DNA from: Phoronis australis
Lineage: Eukaryota; Animalia; Phoronida
Reading direction: 5' to 3'
DNA: 64,000 nt
Assembly: GCA_002633005.1 (NCBI GenBank)
Contig: NMRA01000104.1
Location: 900,175 to 964,174 of the forward strand
The position numbers and the translations under genes are program-made. Shown here in pieces: positions 38,269 to 49,855 of the stretch (position 1 is its first letter; every line of letters starts with the position of its first letter). The notes below the pieces were generated by a model. It made no database searches. It saw only the letters and a program-made list of their open reading frames with translations, and was not told the DNA's origin.

Positions 38269-39783
38269 TACCTTTTGCGTCGTCATCATGTTTCCACAGG
38301 GCCACATTTCAATATAAATGACACTGCGTTAGAGGGTAATGTGGCACACGCTTGTAGATGAAACCCGCGAGTTGGTGGACATGGAACACTAGCGCTGGGC
38401 TCTAGTTCATACGTCACACTCATGTCCGTGGAGCTAAGAACCTTTCAATTAGAGTCGTGTTTCATTTATAATTTTTTCATTTTTGTTATATCGATATCAC
38501 CGTTGTAATACGAAGTGCTATATAAGGACTAAAGGTTTAATGATGCTGACCATGCAGTCACTTGTCCGAACAAGGCAGACGGTCGGTTTTTTAAAATCAC
38601 TTAAAACCTTTGAAAAGGGATGGGAGAATGCCATTTATTGTGATATTCGTTTCATCATTGCTTACCTCTATCTTTGTTCTCAAGAATTAATGTAATTACT
38701 GGGCGTTTGACTTCTACACTGGTTTCTACAAGTACAAAATTGTATCCGTGGACATAACGGATATCACTTTTACTTATTACGAAATGGCAAATCTTGTCAA
38801 GGCTAAACTTCAAAACTACAATATGTCGTAACTGACAATAAGTGTAAAAATTCCGACGGCCTTTTTAATTAGGATAAATAAAGAACGCCGAGCTCTTACT
38901 AATTCTCTGTTGAAAGAAATAAAATAACGCAACGTCACACCTTAGTCTTGTCTTCCAGACAGAATGTCAAATACGTCTCACTTGGTTTTTATTCATAAAT
39001 ACTGTATTTTGTTCATTGTTGTCAAGATGCAAACGTCTTGCTGTACACGGTCAAAACATATCCAGACAGTATGAGCCGTGTGCGCAGGCAGAAAGTCAAT
39101 CTACATCCACACAGCAATAGACTACAAGAGCTGGGCACAGACACACAGTCAAACGATATACAGAGGTTCGTTTTATGAAAACTGGCTTGAAACAGAAATT
39201 AAGTCGCTTTTGGCGTAGTTGAGCATACAAACTACGATTTCGCCACTTGTTGCGAATTCACAAAACTAAGCGAGGCAGTGAGAGAAATGCGGTTTCAAGA
39301 ATGATATTGGTCTTGAAACTATAATGAGGATTTTATTTACATTTTGGATACAATTAAGATCTCGTTTGCTTGAGAAGACCCTGATATGACCAAAGGTGAA
39401 TAAATACAGTTTCAGGTATGGCTGGAAAATATCATTTCACATGTGGCGGTAAGTTGCACTGCATTGTCTCAAAGACCTTTGCTGGTTCTCGAATCGCAAG
39501 CAGACGATCTTCATTGTGAAATTGTTTAGGGACATGAGATTGTGTAAAAAATGTCAACGAGAGTTGTTCCCCAACAGTTTATAGTCCTAAATATTTGACA
39601 CTTAGATCAAAAGCCCAATCTTAAGCCTATTCCATAACAGGCTCACTTTCGGTCTTAGCTTAGACCGATTTTGGTTTGGATTTTGGTCATAAGAAATTTC
39701 AAGAAACAGAGACATGATCACCAATTAGCCCGATTTCGGTGTAAGTTAAGACAGAAAAAAGTTTCATGAAAAGGGCCCCAGAA

Positions 39784-39975
39784 AGCATGAGATGTGCACA
39801 GACGCACAGTCGAACGACATCCAGAAAGAACGAGATTTGCACAGGCAAAAAGCCAACCAAGACCCAGACAGCACGAGACGTCAAAACACAGCCAAACGAC
39901 ATCATTCAAACAGCACAATACGTGCATACACAGTCAACGACATTCAAACAGCACGAGATGTGCACAGACAAAAAG
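39784..39975. repeat. Degenerate tandem repeat
   Basis: Recurring GCACGAGATGTGCACAGAC and ACAG(T/C)CAAACGACAT units. They generate the spurious overlapping ORFs here. Confidence 0.6.
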
Positions 39976-41439
39976 TCAAAAAAATACAGACATCACGATT
40001 TTTTTCAAAGGCTAGCAGCTAACTGAAACCCACAGAGCAAGAGCTGTACACAAGGCACACAGTTAACCTGCATCTAGACTACACGTGCTGTGTACAGACG
40101 CATTTAGGAGGGCTCGCTGGTTCCTTGCGTGTCCGCTAGGGGGACAGGCAGGGAACCAGCGAGTTACGTTGCAGCCTCGTCCCCAAGCCACAAGATGGCG
40201 CTGATGGGTATAGCCAAAGACGCTAACAAGACTACTCACCAAGGCCGCCGCCATTATTGTCATGGACCGTGGCGACACCTAGCGGGTGTGTGTGGGCCTA
40301 CGAAGTACACAAGACGTCGAGTACTATGTACGATTTTCTTTGTCTAATTTAAACTTGTGAAATGCTGTTGCTTATAAATACTGAGGATATAAACTTTGAG
40401 TGCCGTATTGTAAAAATTAACATATTGGTAGCAAATCGAGTAAATGAAGAAAAAAATCATAGATACATCATAAACAGGGGAAGGCAAACTGGTGTGAGTG
40501 TTGACTGGGTGGATTTGATTTTGGGTGATTGAAGGGTGGGCAGGTATAGATTTTGAAAGATTTAGGGGTTAACATCTTACAAACTCCTAAACTCAAACAG
40601 GGAAGTCTGGACCCCCAGTATTCATGCCTGGTGGGATTCTATATGGTAGCAACTGGGGTGCTTTGGGGTCAGTAAAACTGGTAATAACCCCGTAGGGTAG
40701 AAAATCGTTAAGGTTTGGAATTCTTACTTGCATTCCACCAAAACCCTACATTGTATGTCTCCATAAATACAGTAAAGATGCCTATTGAATACACAGTCCA
40801 TCTAACAGGAATTATTTTTAGACGTCAACCAGTTCTCATAAACGGATTTGAAAGAAGTCGTTTTATCAAGGCACATTTTATTAACTCGACTGTAAGCCAA
40901 CTGCAAAAAGGCATAATGAGGCTTAAATGTACATGGGCCAATAAAATGAATACCATGGAAATAAATAAGGATACCTTACTTCCCCGACTCAATGTTTTTA
41001 AGGCTTGTCTCAGATAAAAATCGAGACAACTAAATGACACTATGAGTGAGTGCAACCAGTTTTAGTAGACATACTCTTCCAAAGTACCCACCATTGTAGG
41101 TGCATTTTCCTTCAGCACTTCTCAAATTATAAAATAAAGCAGTTACCTGCCACACAATCAAATTGTTCAAACCACAATAGCAAATAAAATTTAAATTGTA
41201 CGAAAATCAAGTAGTGTCAATGTATCTCACCCCTGTGTAATGTTTCATAAACACTGTTAAGCTGTTGTGACAATAATTTTGCATATTTAATATTTCGTTG
41301 CAAATGGGAAGGCACTGCATTTAAATAAGCCCCAAACTCGCATGGTGCTGCTGCATCTCAGCCATAGACCTTAGTCCGAAGTTTCATCGGAATCTGTCGA
41401 GCAGCTTTAACAATAATCAGTAAACAAGGAGCATCTTGT

Positions 41440-41508
41440 GCAGGGGCATATCCAGGGCAGAGTACTGGCCAGGATTTTGCCCGTCAAACATTTGCACGCC
41501 CTGCTGCA
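41440..41508. repeat. Internally deleted relative of the 5-bp-TSD CAG MITE, inside the P element
   Basis: CAGGGGCATATCCAGGGCAGAGTACTGGCCAGGATTTTGCCCGTCAAACAT matches 27560-27635 and 62723-62795. Confidence 0.55.
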
Positions 41509-41844
41509 GTTGTGTCCAAGTTATGTTGAATATTACCACATAGGTGAGCTTTAACTGAGTATACACGTACATCAGGCAAAAATAACCAGGGCTAGTCAAT
41601 AATCCGTTATCAAGAGCAACAGTACGTCAACTACTGCATCGTGAACAGGGGCATTCATTACATCTAACATAAATACATAAACAAGTATACAACAGGTTTA
41701 AAGTCCCATGGACCACTAATCCAAGACACAAACTTCAGGGTAAGGACAATGAATCTTTCCAGTCAAATGATCTCCATTCGTTCCGTGGTGCTAACATATC
41801 ATATAGAACTAAGCACATGTAACTATTCTTATCACCTACAACAG

Positions 41845-44800
41845 TTACTCATGTCTCAAAATTTGAGTCTTCCTGCTCTTGCCTTTTATGGAGTTGGCCA
41901 AAGATGTTGTCTGGAACTTGAAATAGTAGTGTAACCTACATTTCAAGTAACATTTAAGGACTGTATCTGCTTCCTCTTGATGTGCCGCACACAACTTGAG
42001 CTGAGGAACTGTTGACGAGACCAACTTCATGAGCTCACTCAGGACCCCCTTTCTAACACCAGCACCGCCTCAACATGCCTCTGAAACAGTTTTTCAACTG
42101 GTTTAAGGTAACTCAACAGTGAACTTGAAGGAACATACAGAGAGCCAAATGCGTCACTAGTATGACTGTATGCCTTAAAGTGGATCATTAGTTCCTGCTC
42201 CTCAACAACAGACTTGCATTCTTTGGTCAGTTTCTCCAAACATTGCCGACACCTAGCGTCAAAGGCTAGTTTGTTCACTATGTAGCCACCGATGTAATTG
42301 ATGACATTCGTCACTGATGAAGAAAGAGGAAAGTCATTTGTCGTATCGAGCAGGGGGAGGGTGTCAACAGCGGATTCGTTGTCAGCTTTCCTGTCGACTA
42401 AATCAATTTCTCTGGCCTTGAAGCGCTTGGACACACTTTCCACAGTGGTACCCTCATCACTGTCATGAGCTTTCCTCTTTGTAGAACTTCCCTCACTTGA
42501 ATCAGAGGCTGTCAGAGGTTTGAAGCTGAGCTCATGCAAAGAAGCTAAGAGATGATCACCATCCTGGACACAATTCGAGCCCTTAACTGGAGCCATAAGC
42601 ATGTTTGTGGACAGTGCTCTGTGGGCATACTGGAACTCCCCAGCTGACGGATTGAAACGATGTCCCCCTTTGGCACGCACTTGAGCGAAGAGATTCTCAA
42701 TACAGTCTTGATTGATCCTGCCGGTCAACAAGTACTTAAAATCACGCTCTGTTAACAAATCAGTTGTCAACATTTGGACAGCAGTCAGGCACTGAAGTAA
42801 AGCTTGGAAGCATGGCTGAACTTTACTCCCTTTCACTGTCACCCACTTTTCCACATTCGCGCGGTGCTGCTCAAGTACTTCCAAATCCTGCATGGAGTCA
42901 GTGAATGGATGATATCCCTTGGATCCTATGAAAAATCGCACATTCAGGAAATCAAAGACATTGTTGACTTGCTTCAGGAAGTTCGCTGTGTTTGAAGCCG
43001 ACGGCGGGAGTTTCCCCAATGCCACCAAAGTCAACATTCCAGCATACACCGTGTGTGAGCAAGCCTGAGCTGCAAAGCAGACCTACAACATAAAGCATTT
43101 ATTAATAACTTCATCAACGTTTTAATTAAAACTGGTTAATATTTTTAAAAGGGTATTTCCTTTCTATTTTTTGTCTAAACTTGAAAATCCTGAAATAGCT
43201 GAATTGATATTAATAAACAAGCCTCAAAATTTTCCTTCCATGATAGCAAGTGGTTACTAGCAATGAAGAGACAAAACACCTGAAAACGGTATGAAGCAGT
43301 CTAATTTGAAGGGATTGACCAATCTTGTTAAAAGTTATGTTTTTGAATTTTTTTCCCAATGCCTTCTAATGGTCTATTTGTGGTATAACATCGATTTCTG
43401 TCATGGTTTCGAAAGATTTCAGATGCAACAAATACACCTCCAAGTTCTGTCAAAAACTATTTGACATTGATAATGCTTTCTGGGCAAGTTGATATTCAAT
43501 TTAAATGTCAGATTTAATAACCTAAATCATACGTTAAATTTTGTTCACAGCAGGTGGGTTTATAATACTTCTGGCAACATCAATATAACAGTATCAGGTA
43601 ACCAGCACTAGCTGAAATCAATAATCCTTCCCTACATGTACACAAAACATAACTTAAGGAAGCGATAAACAAAAATGACAATTATGAGAGAGAAACTCAC
43701 ACGCATTGGTGAAAATGGTGGTAGGAAAACATGTTTATCAGTAAGCTTCGGTGCCAGTCGTACAGGAAGTGTCTGGTCATACTTGTAGAATGCAACAACA
43801 TCTTTCCAGGACGCAGTCTGAAAATTAGAGTCCCATAAAAACTAATGATTATTACGCATGCTTACAAAAATCATTTGGTGGATATTAACAACAACCTCTG
43901 CATGGAGAATTATTTTAAAATAGTTAATCTTTTCAGTCTGTCAGAAAACAAAACACACAAGTATCCTTTGCTGAATTAGCCATTCCTGATTGCAGTAGAA
44001 TTTTTGTTGAATTGTACATCATATGCAACCATTTGCTGATGTCTATTTTCTGCTTTTAAGCACACTTTGACCTTGTTAGAAGCTTTTAATCAAGCTTGTC
44101 CAACATTGTACTGCTTCCAACTCACCTTAGCAATCATATGCAAATGACGCAATAGTGCATGGTGGTTGAGAAGCTGGTGAGTCGAAAGAATCTAACAGAA
44201 CAATGAACCGCAACAAGAACCAAGAGCAATCTGAAATCAACAAACAAAACAATAACAAACAAAACAAAACTAAAATAAATAAATACAGAGACTTTCTTTA
44301 GAGGCCTATTGAGTCAACCACAAAGAAAAATAAAATGCGGCTGAGTGAAATCAGTGATCCAAAGCAGTATATTCAACCAAAATACCAACTGACATAGGAC
44401 TCAATATGCCTAACATGTAGATTAGCTTGAAAACAAAAAGCTGTATAATAAAGTAACTGTATAAGTAGAACCTTTTATGACTCACCTTGTTATCGTCAAA
44501 TTGAATATCCTGGTTCTTCAGCGTACTCCTTACATTCTTGAGAACGTGAGGGACATCATGGACAGCGTAGACTTTGTGTTCACCATGCTAAATTTATAGA
44601 ATAGATTTATGACAAATAAATATTTGTTCCAGATTGGTAAGTAACAATTACTGAAGGGCACAGCCAATTTTATCCCCCATTCTAAACTGTGAATGTACTC
44701 AGGATGTCAGACAACTTTTGTTCGAATCATCGCCAATTTTGCCTCTATCTTCGGTAAAGTGTTGATCACTGATGCTGCAGCTCATTAAAGGAGCACACGA

Positions 44801-47800
44801 ACACCACTTACTATGGCCGTTTTGTCACATGGTTTCATACTTGTGTTTTAAGTTTCAGCAAAAGGGTTGCCGTAAAATCTTCAGTATTGCAACAAGTACC
44901 TCAAACTTGGTGCATACTAAACACATCAAAAAATAATTCCAGGCAGTCTGATACACGTTGAACCAGACGTGCGCAGGTCGCGCATGTGGGCCCATAATGC
45001 ACTGATCACCTGGAACCATTTTTTATGTTTTATTATATAGTTGAAAACAAGCAGAGGAGCTAGAAACCCGACTCAAGGCTTTAGCAGTGTGACCCAGTGG
45101 AATTCGAATCCACAATCTCAAGTAAAGAAAGCAGGCACCTATCACACTAAGCCACACTGCCTCCTCGACTATACACATAAACCAGTAGCCAACATTGTGA
45201 GTGCCACTTGGTTTAAATTACTTAAAAAAAAATCAACGATTCACGAGGAATAACCTACCAGGAAATATGGTGAGTTTTGGCTGATGCACAAAGCATTATA
45301 CAGTGATCTGTTGCAGGAACCTTCATCACAGACCACCACAACCGGCTTCAGGTCTATCTGGAACAGCGCATCTAAAATCCTCGTAAGCAATATTCGTAGG
45401 TGAAAAGCAGAAGCGGCATTATCACTGAAGTAATAGCACAAAGGTTGTTTCCAATTCTTTGACAGACCACGCAACTGAAATGAGAACATTCTGCTGTTGT
45501 ATAAAGAAAGCTAACATACATTTAAACATGGATTATACATTCATACACTACATAGATTCGACATGTACCCTATAATACCCGTGACCTGACTAGACTTTTA
45601 ATAAAATATAATTGTACCCAACCTGTGAGTGCCGTAAGAGCATTTCAACCACAAAACTGTTTTCAACAAAGGAAGGCTAGATTAGTTATTTAAGCAAGAC
45701 TGTCACAAACATTGCTAATCAAAATTCCCCAGATGAGATCATTAATTAAAAAAAATACAACACAGACTAACAATTGCCCTCTGGTTAAGTACGTCTAATG
45801 CCACATGAAATTTCAGCATCACGACAATTAATACATAAATTCAATATAAACAGTGTGCAATAAGCTTGTACCATGAAAACCAAGGCCTGGTTACACGCTC
45901 GAGGTTGTCGCTCTGTCAGATGAACCAGACCATCAACTCTGTCCTTCTGCGCATTGTACTTGAGCACTTTCTTCAGTGACATCTCATCAAACGTGACAAC
46001 GCAGTATTTTGTCATGTTGTCCATTGAACTAGCTTTGATGCGAAGTAAGTTGACAACGTTTGCACTCAGCCCTGGTACAACTGGAATCCCTTGAACAAAC
46101 CTGGAACAGATATATTATACCGTAATTGAAGTATCAGAAGCTATGGGTGTGTAATCATGACCATATTTCATTTTTAAACTGGTATTTAATTTTCATTGTT
46201 TATTGCAAAAAGATAACGTACAATAACTGAAGTTAAGCCTAGAAAGCTCTGGAAAGCGTTATACTTGAAAGTTGAACAAAAGAAGACCTGAATAAATGTT
46301 AAAATGTCAAAGATGAAAATGATCTGTTTTCAAACATTGATTTCAGATTCAATATTTCAAATAGCTCTAGGTGAATCAAGTAAAACATAACAATTCTCCA
46401 CAAAGTTTAATGACAAATCAATTTGAAATAAGATAACAAGTTGTTGTGCTGAATCATACAGCAGTCTTTCCATGACACAAAATACTTGATTTAGTGTGGG
46501 TTATTGTAAGTTCTCAAACTCTGAACAAAGGTTGAATGCCTGCGGATTGATTTTATAACGCAGTAAATAATAAGTTATAAGCATGACAAAATCATACCTG
46601 TACAAGGTACTGGGAGACGGCATAAGAAATAAAGATGACATTGTCTGGTATGCACCCTTATTCTTGAAAAACACACCAAGAGCCCTCCCTTTGTCCTGCA
46701 CACTCCATCGCTTTCCTGTAACAGAAAAATTTTAATCCGTACATTACCAAGACATTGGAATTAGCAAAAATATGTACATAACTGAGGAGGATGGCTATGT
46801 TTCATATTTTTATATCAATTTTCTACCAGTTTAGAATATCATACTTTTGTGTCAGAACAAATACTTATTAACAAAAACTATTATTGTCAACAATTGTCAA
46901 TTCATCAATTGACCTCCAACATCAATTTCACTTTTACCCTAAAGTTTATAAGTGACTTTCATATAGATAATACGTGCACATTTAAGACTAAAACCCTTCT
47001 TTGGTCTGTTGCAATTTCTCAGTTGACCTTCAAAGAAAGCTGCAGTTACTGGCGCCATGCCTAATCTGACAGCACCACTAACAATTCCCTCTACAGTCAC
47101 AGGCACACTAGGGACCTCTGGGAGCAGACCTTTCGACATTCCCACTTGACTTGATTTCTCATGCAAGTGAACAACTTTCTGAAATGAAAGAATATAAAAA
47201 TACATTTAAGGTACCTACAGATATTAAGTGGCTACCACTGTCTACATGTTCACACCCACATTTTCAACAAATTTAACAGCCACGCTATATTATACCTGGC
47301 TTAAGACTCATCCTCTGATTTTGAGCATAATGTTTTTAATCAAATGGATTTAAAAATCACTAGTGCGTTAAACCACACAAATCATTTCAATACTATTTCA
47401 GATCAATAAAAGCATACATCATGAAATTAAAACAATTGAGTCCGCTATTTCATTACAATAAGGTAAGATGTGAAATTCAGGTACCAAATTCATACATAAA
47501 ACCATCAGCCATGGAGGATGAAATTGTGTCATTATCAATTATGTCCCGGTCCTATTACCTCAGCTAAGAGCTTTACTCCAGCAGCACTGTATGGTGGCTC
47601 AGCAGATGTGGGGGTTTCAGTGGGCTCACTCGTGGCATATCTGTGATCCATTGGCTGGAAAAGTATCATATACATTGTAACTGAGATACAACATGTATGA
47701 AAAAATATGAGGCATCAGCAATATTGTCTATGCAGCGTCACTCACTCCTTACCATTAATGCGGCTACATAATCACCCTTATCAGTATTGTTGCCTTGAAG

Positions 47801-48743
47801 TAACATCTGATTGATATATTTTTCAAGTAATGACCCGTCGGATTATAGCCCTTCAAATTACCATGAAGGCCCAACATAGTAAAGACCTATAAACCGTACT
47901 AGTCTACTGGACTAAGTTAACATCACAATCCACATTACATACATACCATCATGGAAGTTGCTGTCTGTTGCACAGATACACTCAGACTCTGACTATCAGT
48001 TGGCATATGAGCTCTCACAGCTGGGGGCTTCCTCTCCCTGGGCAGGCTCTTGCTTAGAAACAGGCACGGCACTGCATCAGGTCGTAGCTTTGAGTGGTGC
48101 GGATCCATAAATGCTTTGTCTTCGAAATGCACACTACACATGCGACAGTGGATGCTTAAGTATTCAGCATTCTTTCTTATAAGGTCCTCCCGTCTGCTGT
48201 TAACCACCCATCTCTTGGATCTGAATATATGAAGACTGAAGTGAATTAAAGAAATGAAAGAAAGTACAGTTTAGGTCCAACCATAGAATAAAAACATCCA
48301 TTATCAGTAGGCCCAAAGCCACGAAACCCATTCAGGACAATTTCGGTTATAGTTTGATAGATGAGTCCCTGACTCAAAATTCATTTGAAATCCATTTACT
48401 ATCACTAAATTACTGGAGTAATTCAGTGGGAGTAACTGGCTCTGAAATCAATTACTCCGAGTGTCTGAGTCGTAGGCTATGTGTGATTATCATAAGTTTG
48501 CTTTGAATTACATAAAACATTAAACTTAAAGGCAAGACAAGTTCAATCACTCTGCAAACATCACTGGTTGACTAGCAGCATTTTCACAAAAAGAATTCTT
48601 TGTATCACTCGTCTATCTCACCTGTCTTTATCAGTAGCGAAGCGAAAGAAGTGCAAGTCGCGATTTTTCACCTGACTGTTGCTGCAGCCGTAAGCAGCGC
48701 AAAAAGCTCCTCTGCTCCTCTTTTTAGGGACTACAGCCGCCAT
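41845..48743 (-). CDS. THAP-domain P-element transposase (THAP9-like), 10 exons; 833 aa as assembled (stop at 42039), about 898 aa if a 1-bp deletion at 42045-42049 is corrected
   Basis: Phase-compatible GT-AG exons: 48743-48622, 48220-47947, 47654-47559, 47178-46995, 46715-46598, 46100-45872, 45474-45259, 44587-44486, 43817-43701, 43082-42039(41845). THAP C2CH: CAAYGC...W...CSVHF...AVP. Catalytic D (TFDEM), D (VCDEG) and E (NQDCIENLFAQVR). Also DVPH (D(2)H), NWKQP, MRVCFAAQACSHTV, and C-terminal CRQC...CAAH. Confidence 0.9.
45060..45163 (-). mobile_element. tRNA-derived SINE head in transposase intron 7
   Basis: Minus strand reads GAGGCAGTGTGGCTTAGTGTG (A box) ... GGATTCGAATTCCACTGGGTCAC (B box), with Pol III spacing but no proper cloverleaf. 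Confidence 0.5.
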
Positions 48744-48982
48744 GTCTTGTTTTAAAGTTACTTGATGCACCACTACCCTAAGATGGGAATTTTTACGAAC
48801 TACATGATCCGATAAAATATTTTATCTCTGCGCCCACTGACCACGAGGATCTGCCATATTGGTTTTTTCGCACACACCGCCGCTAGACGTCTCTACGGTC
48901 CATGGAACAACAATGGCCGCCAGTGGCCGTCCAATAGGATTTCGCTAGGTGAAACGTCTCCCTCTCTACAGTCTCTGGTATA

Positions 48983-49350
48983 GCCATTTTGAGGCTTGGT
49001 TATGGGAAATACCTTCTGCGCAATGATTGGTCGCTGTCTTGACGTTACTAAAACAAAGGCAGACTTTAATTATTTTGACATGTGTTGTTGCTGGCATTCA
49101 TGAAGAAGAGGACATTGTTTTGGTTATTGTTTGAAATAAACTTAGGTTCACTTATTTTCAATCCTTCTTTATCAATGGTATGATAGAAATTAATCTCATG
49201 TTCTCGCGGAATTAAAATACATCATTTTTGCAATAATTTAGACCTAAATTGCTGCAACATGCCGTTAATTTTCATTTTTAAATTATACTGCAGAAAATTT
49301 CAAAGTTGATATAACTACATTTTATTTCTCATGACCAAGCCTCAAATGGC
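48983..49350. mobile_element. MITE (~370 bp) between the P element and the innexin 3 promoter
   Basis: TIR GCCATTTTGAGGCTTGGTTATGGGAAATA ... TATTTCTCATGACCAAGCCTCAAATGGC, flanked by TA (or with TAG termini). Confidence 0.75.
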
Positions 49351-49730
49351 TAAACCGATCAGCGTCATCTCGAGGCTGGTACCCGCGAGTAGAGAATCGA
49401 CCACTGGTATCTTGTAACAAAGCGCACCCTATCGGCGATAATTTTAGCTACTAGAAGGTCCCTCAATATAAGTCAAACCTGTTGTTTTGAAAAAGTTACT
49501 GAACTCTGCCCTGGGCACTAACATATCCACGGGGCTCACAATGGGGCCGTCCGCCCCTTCTCTGGCTACGTAACATGTATATCTCTATAATATACATGTA
49601 GGAATCCATGCTTCTGTGAACGACTGTACTAAGTGACCCTAAAACGAATTGTACAAAGAAGTAGTCACTCCCTTTAAAAATAAAACACACACGGTGAGTT
49701 TGTTTACCATTGACGGATACATGCTGCCGG

Positions 49731-49855
49731 GGTGACTTGACACGTGACTACTCAGTATTGCGGGACATTTAAATGACAATGCGCCGACTGGTCATTCAGC
49801 GAGCAGCTGTACACTCTTGAGGTCCAGTCTCGAAGCTCGTCAAATCAAGGTAAGG
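49731..49855 (+). promoter_or_regulatory. Predicted core promoter and non-coding exon 1 (~49792-49849) of innexin 3
   Basis: GACACGTGAC E-box (CACGTG 49741-49746), GGACATTTAAAT (49763-49774), CTGGTCATTCAGCG Inr and donor CAAG|GTAAGG (GT at 49850). Paralogous to 5751-5888. Confidence 0.7.

Larger units (their letters stand above)
40215..48977 (-). mobile_element. P-superfamily DNA transposon, 8763 bp
   Basis: Termini CAAAGAC...GTCTCTG (CA...TG) and a 7-bp TSD GTATAGC (40208-40214, 48978-48984). Sub-terminal inverted repeat GCCATT(A/G)TTGT..CATGGACCGT(G/A)G(C/A)GAC..CTAGCGG at ~40250-40290 and ~48870-48917. Contains a THAP/P transposase gene. Confidence 0.85.

Noticed and set aside
39699-40026. 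Cluster of five overlapping ORFs and a CRISPR-like look
   Set aside because: A degenerate tandem repeat with no constant repeat and unique spacer structure, in eukaryotic DNA with no cas genes.
42041-42056. Programmed -1 ribosomal frameshift in the transposase
   Set aside because: The in-frame heptamer is A AGG GGG, not a canonical X XXY YYZ. A 1-bp deletion or sequencing error is simpler.
45060-45163. tRNA gene
   Set aside because: A and B boxes are present but there are no consistent acceptor or anticodon stems, so it is treated as a SINE remnant.
40261-48904. CATGGACCGT...ACGGTCCATG as the P-element termini
   Set aside because: The flanks are inverted rather than direct repeats, so there is no TSD. 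The TSD-bounded ends lie further out at 40215 and 48977.
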